Of a stretch of DNA of 64,000 bases, positions 30,754-41,704 are shown one piece after another (the stretch's first letter is position 1; every line of letters starts with the position of its first letter). A program made the position numbers and the translations under genes. A model generated the notes under the pieces. That model had not been told where the DNA came from and searched no databases. It saw nothing but the letters and a program-made list of their open reading frames with translations. Source of the DNA: a virus; IMG/VR virus record IMGVR_UViG_3300026076_000002. One strand, 5' to 3'.

Positions 30754-31523
30754 GAGATGAGCAATTAGTATTCTTTCTTGGTATACCAGGATCAGGATGG
30801 GCAAAGATAGACTCTTTGTTGAGGTGTTGTAGTAACTTTAAATTTAATATGTCTGACTACAACGAAGATCGTTGTATGAAGCATGAAGGAAGATATTACG
30901 TTGAACATAAGGGTCATTTCATAGGACCTGGTATGACATATGGTGAGAAGTTTGATGATATACCTGAGAATTATACTAAGGAAGAGTTTATACAAGAATG
31001 TATTAGACCGTATGAGGATATTAATGATAATGATAACTATATGATTAAGTGTCACTGGTTCTGTGAGGAACATAATATACGTTGGTTGTTTAAACATTTT
31101 CCCAATAATAAGTACATATGTGTACTAAGGGATAGAGACCTCTGTGATGACCGTTGGCTGACCTCTATGACGTTTGATAAGGATTACCCTAGATATACTG
31201 CTTGGATGGTTAAGGACGATCCTGACGAGTCTGCTGGTGTAGGTAATCACTGTAAGGAGAATGAAGATAACTTTAAAGAGATAAACCATAGACACAATGT
31301 ACAGTTAAGAGCGTTTGTAAGACGTACAAAGAACTCTGTTATTATATCTCCTACTAGGTTTACTTTAGGTAAGATGGGGTTTGTGTGGGATCAGAATGGT
31401 GAGTTTGAATACACTGCATATATAAGAAACTACTGCGTAGATTATTCAATTTATACCAGATCCCCCAGTTGGGATACTGCTATTGCATTTATTAATTGTG
31501 AGGATGAAATTGGTTATGGATAA
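30747..31523 (+). CDS. sulfotransferase-fold protein B (paralog of A)
   Basis: VFFLGIPGSGWAKI, MIKCH, YICVLRD; shares HKG, FDDI..NYTK.EFI.EC and WL..FPNNK motifs with A. Confidence 0.6.
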   Translation: MVRDEQLVFFLGIPGSGWAKIDSLLRCCSNFKFNMSDYNEDRCMKHEGRYYVEHKGHFIGPGMTYGEKFDDIPENYTKEEFIQECIRPYEDINDNDNYMIKCHWFCEEHNIRWLFKHFPNNKYICVLRDRDLCDDRWLTSMTFDKDYPRYTAWMVKDDPDESAGVGNHCKENEDNFKEINHRHNVQLRAFVRRTKNSVIISPTRFTLGKMGFVWDQNGEFEYTAYIRNYCVDYSIYTRSPSWDTAIAFINCEDEIGYG

Positions 31524-32688
31524 ACCAACATTGTTCATGTGTATAGGTACAGGTTGGAGTGGTACAAGTCCACTGTACTATACTTTAGGAGATTGGAATA
31601 GATATTGTCATTGTGGACATTTAAAAGAAAACAAATATCTAGAGCACATATATCATTATAGTATTGGAGATTTTTATACTTTAGATAAAAAGAAGGTAAC
31701 ATTTCGTAGAGTAATGCATGAGACCTTCCGTGATGATCCAGATAATGAAAAATTTATGGGGTTTGGTTTAAGAGATAGACCAGCACAGGTGATGTATACA
31801 TCAGGTGCTAATGCTCATTGGGATAAAGAATTTGTAGATGATTTCTTCACACAACCACATACATGGGAAAAATATATTAACTACTATAAGACGCATTGGG
31901 AGGCAGTAGTTCAGAATGGGGAATATAAAGCAGTATCAGATTTTTCAGTTAATAACATTTATTTTCCAGAAGACTATGTACAGGAAATAGCAAGAGAATT
32001 AAAACCACATTTTAATGTTAAGATAATTATAACGTGTAGGGATCCTGTTAGAAGGGCATGGTCTAAGAATCAATTTAGATGGTTCCAAAGAAAGAAACGT
32101 GCTGGATGTCAAGATCCTTGGCATATGTTTTGGCATGGTATTCTGAGTAAAGATAGACATTTATGTGGTTATCAGATGGATGTTGTAACTTTATATACAG
32201 AAGGTTATAAAAGATGGTCTGAAGCGTTTGGTGAAGAAAATGTCCATATGACAGTGATGGAAGAACTATGGGAACGTAATGGTGACAAATGGGGTGGTAA
32301 GGAAGCGATGGAAAAACTATCAGATTTTATAGGATATAAGATAGATGATATGTTTCCAAATGTTTACGTTCCTGAGATGGGATCTAAAGCACCTAAACTT
32401 AAAAATCTGTCAGACCAGTGGATGAGTGACGTACTAGATCTAAGTTATGATCAACAGCAAGCAGCTAGATGTATAATGAATGAGGCATATACTGAGTGGG
32501 AACGTGTGTTTGGTTCTATACCAAAAGCATGGATGACTATAGATAAAGTTGAAGTTCCTAAGTTAGATGACATGACTACAGAAGAAACTTCAAAAGCACT
32601 TGAAGATATAATGAAAATTGATCCTGGATGTAGACCTACATCCAGTAAAGGTTTACAAATGTTAGCAGACAATGAGTGGCACACCTAA
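31516..32688 (+). CDS. sulfotransferase-family protein C
   Basis: LFMCIGTGWSGTSPLYYTL..KE, DFS and KIIITCRDPVRRAWS match the heparan/LPS-type sulfotransferase PSB and PB motifs. Confidence 0.8.
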   Translation: MDKPTLFMCIGTGWSGTSPLYYTLGDWNRYCHCGHLKENKYLEHIYHYSIGDFYTLDKKKVTFRRVMHETFRDDPDNEKFMGFGLRDRPAQVMYTSGANAHWDKEFVDDFFTQPHTWEKYINYYKTHWEAVVQNGEYKAVSDFSVNNIYFPEDYVQEIARELKPHFNVKIIITCRDPVRRAWSKNQFRWFQRKKRAGCQDPWHMFWHGILSKDRHLCGYQMDVVTLYTEGYKRWSEAFGEENVHMTVMEELWERNGDKWGGKEAMEKLSDFIGYKIDDMFPNVYVPEMGSKAPKLKNLSDQWMSDVLDLSYDQQQAARCIMNEAYTEWERVFGSIPKAWMTIDKVEVPKLDDMTTEETSKALEDIMKIDPGCRPTSSKGLQMLADNEWHT

Positions 32689-33206
32689 TGGATTCGTATT
32701 TTAATGGAGTTTGGCAAGACCAAGATTTTAAATCTCTTAAGTATTCTGGCTATCAGTTGGTCGATTATGTTAATGCTAAAAAACCTACTAGGGTATTAGA
32801 TGTTGGGTGTGGATTTAATAAATTCAAAGGTAAAATAGATCACCTTTGGGGTATAGATCCATACAACGATGCTGCTGATGTTAAGTGTTCTATCGAAGGA
32901 TACGATGGTCCTAGGGTAGATATTGCTTTATGTTTAGGTTCTATTAACTTTGGTGACGAAGAAACTATAGACCATCAGATAGAAATATTAGATAATATAT
33001 GGATGAAAGAATGTATCTTTAGAGTCAATCCTGGTCTAACACATACATGGGTAGACAAGTCAGACATAGATGGAGTTGTTTGGTATCCATGGAATAAGGA
33101 AAAGGTATATGAAATTGCAAAACAATATAAATATAACGTAGACCGCTTTGAAAAGGAATACACCATTCACGGTCATTTACGGTATTATTTTGTTTTTACT
33201 AAATAA
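32688..33206 (+). CDS. class I SAM-dependent methyltransferase
   Basis: RVLDVGCGFN motif I, GIDP, DIALCLGSINF; TAATG overlap with the upstream gene. Confidence 0.8.
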   Translation: MDSYFNGVWQDQDFKSLKYSGYQLVDYVNAKKPTRVLDVGCGFNKFKGKIDHLWGIDPYNDAADVKCSIEGYDGPRVDIALCLGSINFGDEETIDHQIEILDNIWMKECIFRVNPGLTHTWVDKSDIDGVVWYPWNKEKVYEIAKQYKYNVDRFEKEYTIHGHLRYYFVFTK

Positions 33207-33250
33207 TAGCGTAGATACTACATCCCCTGTTTTATAAAACACACGGAGTA
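33198..33250 (+). promoter_or_regulatory. late promoter and leader of the di-iron gene
   Basis: ACTAAATA 33198-33205; TACTACATCCC; palindrome TGTTTTATAAAACA; SD-like ACGGAG 33243-33248. Confidence 0.65.
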
Positions 33251-33257
33251 AAAACAA

Positions 33258-33928
33258 ATGTTATCAGGACAAGAGTTCGTAAAGAAGATCAAAGAAGAGA
33301 ATAAGTCTCTTTTTGATTCATCACGTGAAAACGTACGTAACTTCTTTGCATCAAAGCCTAGCGATGAGTACCTTGTAGAGCACTTCACTGGCCGTATGGT
33401 TAATGAAGCTCAGAACATGAAGGCTATCGCTGCTGAAGTTGCTTCTTCAACACCTGCTACACATAGTGTACAGGATCTTGAGCTTCTTTCAAAGCAAGCA
33501 CAGGACGAAGCTAAGCACTTCCGTATGGTTAAGGAAGTTATCGAGCACATCACAGGATCACCTGTAGATGTTGAAGCTGCATTCGCTGCTGACGCTGCTA
33601 ACCCACAAGCTAAAGGTGCTTCACTTCTTGAGAAGTATTCTGCTTCTACAGACGAAGCTGCACTTGCTGCTTACCAGTTGGTTGCAGAAGGAAGAGCAGA
33701 AGCTGTTTGGCAAGAAATGGCTGAGTGCGTTGAAGATCAGTATATCGCTCACAGATATGCTACAATCGGTAGAGACGAAGGTTTCCACTCTGCTTTAGGT
33801 GGACGTAAGCTTGCTACTCTAGTAGAAGGTGCTTCTGAACTTCAGAGCCGCATTCTTGACATGGTTGCTCAAATGAGAATCGACCTTGCTGAGATTTCTG
33901 CTAAGAACACAGCAATCGCAGAGGTTGG

Positions 33929-33932
<4 letters not shown>
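33258..33932 (+). CDS. ferritin-like di-iron carboxylate protein
   Basis: Ligand pattern MVNE...QDEAKH...VAEGRA...RDEGFH (E, ExxH, E, ExxH); helical Ala/Glu-rich composition. Confidence 0.85.
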
Positions 33933-35304
<1,372 letters not shown>

Positions 35305-35305
35305 G

Positions 35306-36067
35306 CTAACAATGGCATGGTTTATCACCACAGCAATCTAAGTAGTCACCACGTGCAGGTTTCTCCCACAATTCCTTATCTACAGGATTAGTTGGGAATG
35401 GTATTGCTGTTTTATTACCATCATCCAATATTTGTTCTTCTACTGGAGAAATGTATTTAAGGTTAGCATCATATCTTAATATTTCTTCTAACCTTTCATC
35501 ATACCATGCTACAGGAATAGGTAACTCAAGAGTCTTAAGGTACTCTTCTTTGTAAAGATATAACAATTCATAACTTAAGAATATAGGATTCTCGAAATTA
35601 GGTAATTGATCTAGGAAATGTCTGCAAGTATTCTCTTCACGTATTCTAAACTGTTGATGGTCTAATATATTTTGATCTCTTCCTATAACACATATCTGAG
35701 TTTCTAGTCCACACAGTTCACAATTCATGGCAAACTGCATGATATTAGGTGACCACTTAGTTCCTTTAGATTCTATACCTAGTGGTACACTGATACTTGT
35801 AAAGTAGTAGTCACTCTGTGACCAATCAAACTCCTTTAGTGTACTAGGATCTCTCCAGTATGCTGCAAATGGTTCTGTTAACCTATGTGCTTCCCAATAG
35901 TTATCAAGTAAACTCTTCCAACCAAATACATCTTCATGTAGGGAAAAGACTTTTGACCATAGATGATTTCCAGAACCTTGGGGTCCAGTTAAGATAACTA
36001 TTTTCTTCTTTTTATTGGAAGATTTAACTGCCGTTGTTAAGTCGTTAGTTGAGAACACATATTTCAT
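35306..36067 (-). CDS. sulfotransferase/P-loop-fold protein E
   Basis: IVILTGPQGSGNHLWSKVFSLH..GW.SL..NYW..EPFA.YW..VIGRDQNI; paralog of D. Confidence 0.6.
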   Translation of the reverse strand: MKYVFSTNDLTTAVKSSNKKKKIVILTGPQGSGNHLWSKVFSLHEDVFGWKSLLDNYWEAHRLTEPFAAYWRDPSTLKEFDWSQSDYYFTSISVPLGIESKGTKWSPNIMQFAMNCELCGLETQICVIGRDQNILDHQQFRIREENTCRHFLDQLPNFENPIFLSYELLYLYKEEYLKTLELPIPVAWYDERLEEILRYDANLKYISPVEEQILDDGNKTAIPFPTNPVDKELWEKPARGDYLDCCGDKPCHC

Positions 36068-36081
36068 TGTATACACTACTA

Positions 36082-36110
36082 ATTATAACACATAAATAAT
36101 CTCATATCAA
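36082..36110 (-). promoter_or_regulatory. sigma70-type (early) promoter for the E-orf-pebS-D operon
   Basis: Minus strand TTGATA-N17-TATAAT with extended TG. Confidence 0.8.
36091..36098 (+). promoter_or_regulatory. putative late promoter for the second fibre gene
   Basis: CATAAATA, nested in the spacer of the opposite-strand sigma70 promoter. Confidence 0.6.
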
Positions 36111-36159
36111 CGTCTGTCTTTACAGATGGTATGTCTTCTCTTCTTTAAGAGTCTTGTGA

Positions 36160-37374
36160 ATGGCACAACCTGTATTAAAGTTTAAAAGGTCTTCCGTTGA
36201 AGGCAAGGTTCCAGCAGTAAGTAGTATAGAACGTGGTGAATTTGCCATTAATACCTATGATGGTAAGGTCTATATTCTTAGGGATCAGTCATCGGTAGGA
36301 ATTGCTACTACAACTGTATCAGTTAACCCATGGGTAGAAACCTCTGGTGTTGGTGAACTGGTAAGTTATAGTGGTGAGGTGGCTTGTGGTGCAGCATTAT
36401 CAGTTACTGGAGATTTAAGGGTAACTGGTGTTACAACTATAAGTGGTCTAACATACCCTGCAAGTGACGGGAGTGCTTTACAGACTCTTCAGACAGATGG
36501 TAGTGGAAATTTAAGTTTCGGTGATCTAGCAGGGGATTTAACAGGTAATGTGACAGGTAATGTCACAGGAAGATTGATAGGTAATGTAGAAGGTAATATT
36601 TTCTCATCAGGTATATCTACAGTATCAGGGTTTACATTCCCTAGTAGTGACGGTACAACTAATGAAAGTTTAGTTACTGATGGTAATGGTAATTTAAGTT
36701 TTAAGACTATAGAAGGTGGAGGTGGTGCTGGTATAACCACCCACACAGATGCATATTATACAGCAACAGAGTTCCAAGACGAATTCGATACACCACATCC
36801 ATTTGTTGCTGACATAGGTACTAGGACAGTACAGGTATTTCTTAATGGTATTAAGTTAAGAAATAGTCAATTTGTAAATGATCCACCTGCTGACTTTACG
36901 TTATCAGGAACTAAGACAGTTACACTAGCAAGTAGTTGTAATGCTGGTGACAGAGTACAGGTCACTGTATTCTATCATAATGAATTTGAAGAAGATTTAC
37001 TTACTGCAACAACAGAAGGTCAAACTGAATTTGACCTAACTGGTGGTGATAAAACAAATGTGAAATGCTATGTCAATGGTGTTAAATTAAGATCAACTGA
37101 CTTTACTATAACTAGAAAAATAACTCTAGGGCAGGGTTGTAATGCTGGTGATGAGGTGGACATCATATCAGAGACTGCTGAAGATTACTTCACTGCTACT
37201 CAAAACCAAATTGAATTTTCACCTAGTAATGTTGACATACAAGAGCATAACCTAATGGTTTTTGTTAATGGTGTCAGATTGGAAAATAATGATTACACTA
37301 AAAACTCCCCCACAATAACACTAACAGAAGGTTTGAACAAGGGTGATCACCTTGATGTGGTGTACAGGGCATAA
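36160..37374 (+). CDS. short fibre/virion protein (404 aa)
   Basis: N-terminal LKFKRSS..GEFAINTYDG (T4 gp36/gp37-type start); TGNV repeats; three V[FY][LV]NG[IV][KR]L domains. Confidence 0.75.
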   Translation: MAQPVLKFKRSSVEGKVPAVSSIERGEFAINTYDGKVYILRDQSSVGIATTTVSVNPWVETSGVGELVSYSGEVACGAALSVTGDLRVTGVTTISGLTYPASDGSALQTLQTDGSGNLSFGDLAGDLTGNVTGNVTGRLIGNVEGNIFSSGISTVSGFTFPSSDGTTNESLVTDGNGNLSFKTIEGGGGAGITTHTDAYYTATEFQDEFDTPHPFVADIGTRTVQVFLNGIKLRNSQFVNDPPADFTLSGTKTVTLASSCNAGDRVQVTVFYHNEFEEDLLTATTEGQTEFDLTGGDKTNVKCYVNGVKLRSTDFTITRKITLGQGCNAGDEVDIISETAEDYFTATQNQIEFSPSNVDIQEHNLMVFVNGVRLENNDYTKNSPTITLTEGLNKGDHLDVVYRA

Positions 37375-37395
37375 ATACAAAAAAGTAGGCTAACA

Positions 37396-38244
37396 ATGGC
37401 ACAACCGTCTACAAGACAAGAATTAGTTGATTATGCTAAGAGGCAGCTAGGTTATCCTGTCTTGGAGATCAACCTTGCTGATGAACAGATCGAAGATCTG
37501 ATGGATGATGCTATCCAGTTATTTCAGGATAGACACTTTGATGGTATTGAAAAAATATACATGAAGCATAAAGTTACTCAAGACTTTATTGATTCAATTG
37601 AAGCAAGAGGTGGATCTAAAACTATTGGTGTTACTACATCTACAGCAGAAGCACAACTAACTGGACAGGTAGGTATAACTACATTCTCATACGAAGAGAA
37701 CCAAAACTTTATTCAAATACCAGAACAAGTTATAAGTATAGTTAAGGTATGGAAGATTGATAATAGAGCAATTAGCACTAACATGTTTAGTGTTAATTAT
37801 CAGTTATTCTTGAATGAGATATACTGGTTTACTGCTGCTGAGATGATTAACTATGCTATGACAAAGACGTTCTTGGAAGATATTAACTTCCTACTACGTC
37901 CTGAGAAGCAGATTAGATATAACAGAAGACAAAATAGATTGTATATTGATACTGATTATTCCAGTATGCAAGTAGATGACTATATTATTATTGAATGTTA
38001 TAGAGCATTAGATCCTAATATGTACCCTAATGTATACAGGGATCCATTCTTGAAGAAGTACTTTACTTCTCTTATGAAGAAGCAATGGGGTCAAAACCTT
38101 ATTAAGTTCCAAGGAGTTAAACTTCCTGGTGGAGTAGAACTTAATGGAAGACAGATATATGACGATGCATTAGGAGAAATAGAAAAAATTGAAGAGAAGA
38201 TGGCATGGGAGTATGAGATCCCTGCACTTGATACGATTGGATAA
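37396..38244 (+). CDS. g13: neck protein gp13
   Basis: LGYPVLEINLADEQIED and KQWGQNLIKFQGVKLPGGVELNG motifs; CATAAATA at 37370. Confidence 0.95.
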   Translation: MAQPSTRQELVDYAKRQLGYPVLEINLADEQIEDLMDDAIQLFQDRHFDGIEKIYMKHKVTQDFIDSIEARGGSKTIGVTTSTAEAQLTGQVGITTFSYEENQNFIQIPEQVISIVKVWKIDNRAISTNMFSVNYQLFLNEIYWFTAAEMINYAMTKTFLEDINFLLRPEKQIRYNRRQNRLYIDTDYSSMQVDDYIIIECYRALDPNMYPNVYRDPFLKKYFTSLMKKQWGQNLIKFQGVKLPGGVELNGRQIYDDALGEIEKIEEKMAWEYEIPALDTIG

Positions 38245-39650
38245 TGGCATTAAATCCCTTTTTTACTCAAGGCAATCAGTCTGAGCAATCACTTGTTCAA
38301 GAATTGATTGACGAACATATTAAGATGCATGGCATAGAGTTTACCTATATGCCTAGAATCTATGTGAATACAAAGACTATAATAAGGGAAGTCAGTTCAT
38401 CTAAGTTTGATAAAGCATTTCCTATTGAAGGATATATTGAGAACTACCAAGGGTTTGGAGACAATTATAATATACTTACTAAGTTTGGTGTAAGGTCAAC
38501 TGCTGAGATTAGTATTGTTATATCTCAGGCAAGATTTGAAGAGTATATAACACCGTTGTTAACTGGTGGTGTTACTGGATTAAGTAACGATCCTGTTAGA
38601 CCTTTGGAGGGAGACTTAATCTATTTCCCATTGGGAGACATGCTTTTTGAGATTAAGTATGTTGAACATGAGCAACCATCATTCTACCAGTTACAAAAGA
38701 ACTATACTTATAAGTTAAAATGTGAACTCTTCGAGTACGAGGACGAGCAAATCGATACTGGTATTGGTTCTATTGATGATGACTTTGAGACTATAGGATA
38801 CAATGCAACAATGCAGTTGCTAGGAATAGGTACACAAAGTGAAGCTACTGCAACTATAGTTAACGGTGGTCTGTCACAAATCAACTTAGTATCTGGTGGT
38901 ACAGGATATACCAGAGCACCAAATATAGTAATACAACCACCTAGCTGGGGAATAGGTCATACTGCAACTGCTGTTGCAATAACTACCCAGATGTCAGATG
39001 GTAAGTATTCACTAACGGATATACAAATAACTGATTCTGGATCTGGTTATTCTACTTCTTCAAATCCACCAACTATTCAAATTGTAACTGATGATGGTGA
39101 AGGTGCTGGAGCACAAGCACAAGCTATTGTTAGTAATGGGACTGTTGGTAAGGTTGTTATGACTGAACATGGTTCAGACTATGTACTAACACCAGTTGTT
39201 ACGTTTAGTTCTCCACCATCACCAGGCGTTACTGCTGAAGGTTTTGCTAATCTTGATGCTAATGGTAAGGTAGGATCTATTAGTATTGTTAATTCTGGAT
39301 CAGGATATGCCAGTGCTCCAACTGTCACAGTGTCTGCTGCTGGAACTATAGGAGTGGGTACATATTTCAGTGGTGATCTTATAACTGGTAGTCTTAGTAA
39401 TAACAAGGCATTTGTTACTAATTGGAACAATCCTACTATGACTTTAACTATTAAGAGTCTCAGTGGACACTTCACTCCTGGTGAATTAATTGTAGGTACA
39501 TCTAAGACAACAGGTGAGTCTATAGCATATAGACTAAATACCATCAACTATGATGATGACGATGTTATTGACAACAACCAAGAAATTGAGGTTGCTGGTG
39601 AAGAGATCATTGATTGGTCTGAACAGAACCCATTTAGTGAGAGACCATAA
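38244..39650 (+). CDS. g14: neck protein gp14
   Basis: MALNPFF..EQSLVQELI, RPLEGDLIYFP and C-terminal WSEQNPF motifs; Gly-rich insertion. Confidence 0.93.
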   Translation: MALNPFFTQGNQSEQSLVQELIDEHIKMHGIEFTYMPRIYVNTKTIIREVSSSKFDKAFPIEGYIENYQGFGDNYNILTKFGVRSTAEISIVISQARFEEYITPLLTGGVTGLSNDPVRPLEGDLIYFPLGDMLFEIKYVEHEQPSFYQLQKNYTYKLKCELFEYEDEQIDTGIGSIDDDFETIGYNATMQLLGIGTQSEATATIVNGGLSQINLVSGGTGYTRAPNIVIQPPSWGIGHTATAVAITTQMSDGKYSLTDIQITDSGSGYSTSSNPPTIQIVTDDGEGAGAQAQAIVSNGTVGKVVMTEHGSDYVLTPVVTFSSPPSPGVTAEGFANLDANGKVGSISIVNSGSGYASAPTVTVSAAGTIGVGTYFSGDLITGSLSNNKAFVTNWNNPTMTLTIKSLSGHFTPGELIVGTSKTTGESIAYRLNTINYDDDDVIDNNQEIEVAGEEIIDWSEQNPFSERP

Positions 39651-40699
39651 TGTTAGGTAATTATTTTTATCATAGTACGGTAAGAAAGTCAGTTATTGCT
39701 TTCGGTACACTGTTTAATAACATCAGTATACAGCATACTAATGATGCTACTGGTGAAGTTATCAGTAAGATCAAGGTTCCTATTGCCTATGGTCCTATTC
39801 AGAAGTTCTTAGCAAGAGTAGAACAGCAGCCAAATTTCGCTAGAGATGCTGCTATCACACTTCCAAGGATGTCTTTTGAAATTGTAAATTATAAGTATGA
39901 TGCTTCTAGAAAGACTGCCCCTATTACAAAATTCTGTCTACTTACTCCAACAGAGAAGACAAAAATTAAGAAAGTTTTTATGCCAACCCCCTACACCATT
40001 GGGTTTAGGTTGAGTTTTGCTGCAAAGATACAGGATGATTCGCTACAAATATTAGAACAGATACTACCTCATTTCCAACCATCATATAAGGTTAGTATTA
40101 ATATGCTGGAAGATGCTGAAGAGATTAAAGATATTCCAATTACACTAACTAATATAACCTTTAGGGATGAGTATGAAGGTGACTTTACTGAACGTAGAGC
40201 AATTGTATATGAGTTGGACTTTGACTTAAAAACATTCTTCTATAGCGAAGTACCTACAGATGAGAGTGGTGGCATTATTAAGAAGGTTAAGATTGATTAT
40301 GCTTCTGCTATTAGAGCACCTAGAGAACAAAGGTATGTAGTTACACCAGCGGCTGTCAAGGATTATAACCAAGATCAAACGCAGTCATTGGCAGCAAATC
40401 TTGATATGAATAAGACTTTGATGGAAGTTACTACTAACACTGGTTTAACAGTTGGAAGATATATACAAATAGGTGACGAAGTTTTACGCATCAATGAGGT
40501 GAATGGTACTAATGTATTAGTATCACGAGCACAGTATGGTTCTACTATGAGAGAACACTACCAAGGTGACGTTATTAATCAAATCACTATACAAGATGAT
40601 GCCCTAATTGAAATTGGTGATGATTTCGGATTCAACGAAACCAGAACTTTCTATCAAGACGGTAAAGTCTATAGCAGTTCGCAAGGAATAGATGTCTGA
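39650..40699 (+). CDS. g15: tail sheath stabilizer gp15
   Basis: YFYH..RKSVIAFGTLFNNI, KVPIAYGPIQKFLAR, ITLPRMSFE and QILEQILPHFQP motifs. Confidence 0.95.
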   Translation: MLGNYFYHSTVRKSVIAFGTLFNNISIQHTNDATGEVISKIKVPIAYGPIQKFLARVEQQPNFARDAAITLPRMSFEIVNYKYDASRKTAPITKFCLLTPTEKTKIKKVFMPTPYTIGFRLSFAAKIQDDSLQILEQILPHFQPSYKVSINMLEDAEEIKDIPITLTNITFRDEYEGDFTERRAIVYELDFDLKTFFYSEVPTDESGGIIKKVKIDYASAIRAPREQRYVVTPAAVKDYNQDQTQSLAANLDMNKTLMEVTTNTGLTVGRYIQIGDEVLRINEVNGTNVLVSRAQYGSTMREHYQGDVINQITIQDDALIEIGDDFGFNETRTFYQDGKVYSSSQGIDV

Positions 40700-41120
40700 T
40701 AACAAAGGATTTGATGCAATTAATAGAGCACTTGACGTAAAAGCAGAGATCGTCAAGGAAGGTGGTTGTGTCAAAAAATCTGATAAAGCACAACGTATAG
40801 AGAAAGATGATCCCACTAAGGATTACGAATATACCAGAGCACAACTGTATAATCTAATCGAGAAAGGACATGAAGCACTTAACGGTATTCTAGATGTTGC
40901 TGCTGATAGTCAGCATCCTAGAGCATATGAGGTTGCTGGTCAGTTAATCAAAAGTGTTGGAGATGTAACAGACAAGTTACTTGATTCTCAGAAAAAAATG
41001 AAAGACATGGATGAGGATAAGTCAGGTCCAAAACAGGTTACAAACAATTCTTTGTTCGTTGGTAGTACATCCGACCTACAAAAAATGTTAAAGGAGATGA
41101 GTAAGAAGGATAATAAATAA
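40692..41120 (+). CDS. g16: terminase small subunit gp16
   Basis: DYEYTRAQLY, HPRAYEVAGQLIK and NNSLFVGSTSDLQK motifs. Confidence 0.95.
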   Translation: MSDNKGFDAINRALDVKAEIVKEGGCVKKSDKAQRIEKDDPTKDYEYTRAQLYNLIEKGHEALNGILDVAADSQHPRAYEVAGQLIKSVGDVTDKLLDSQKKMKDMDEDKSGPKQVTNNSLFVGSTSDLQKMLKEMSKKDNK

Positions 41121-41141
41121 AGAACAGTCTGATTTACTATC

Positions 41142-41489
41142 ATGTTTAATAAGGGGATTATTAAAGTTCTACAAATAGTGGATCAGAAAAATATTTCGGA
41201 GGATTTAGTATCAGAAAAATTTGGGATCGTATCGACTGGACGAGCAGGTAGTTTCTCTGCCCAAAAGATGCCGTCTGCTGCTGATACAGCAGCAGCGACT
41301 GCGGCTGAAAAGAATGCTAAACAAAAGCAAAGGGCAGCTGGAGCCAGTAAACTGATGGGAAGAGCAAAGGCTGCATTAGATGTAGTCAGGACTGTCAATC
41401 AGAATATCTCTAGAGTCTACGAACCGAAAGAGTCGTTTACTTTTAAAAATTTTAGATGGATAACAAAGAAAGAGGACATGACGAATTAA
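41142..41489 (+). CDS. hypothetical basic Ala-rich protein
   Basis: 115-aa ORF after AATAAATA (41112-41119) in the g16-g17 gap. Confidence 0.6.
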   Translation: MFNKGIIKVLQIVDQKNISEDLVSEKFGIVSTGRAGSFSAQKMPSAADTAAATAAEKNAKQKQRAAGASKLMGRAKAALDVVRTVNQNISRVYEPKESFTFKNFRWITKKEDMTN

Positions 41490-41575
41490 AACGTCAGTCT
41501 GAAATCAACCGTTTATCTGATTTAACTAGACAACATGATGCTAAATACTTGACCAATCCAGCAAAATATAAGTGA
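41456..41575 (+). CDS. possible 39-aa protein (MDNKERGHDELKRQ...)
   Basis: Read manually; below the ORF track cutoff. Confidence 0.4.
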   Translation: MDNKERGHDELKRQSEINRLSDLTRQHDAKYLTNPAKYK

Positions 41576-41704
41576 TCTATACTGCCAACCCAAAGGTTTC
41601 TTTTATAATAGACCCTTTGGGTTCTGGCAAACTAATCAAATTCGTTCATCCTATTGACTTAAGGAGTGCGAGTCAGAAACTAGAATCTTTACAGAGAAAA
41701 GTTA

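Noticed and set aside
41641-41690. CGTTCATCC resembling the 5' end of glnA/Downstream-peptide glutamine riboswitches
   Set aside because: No downstream GGAACG to close P1 and no other conserved core is visible
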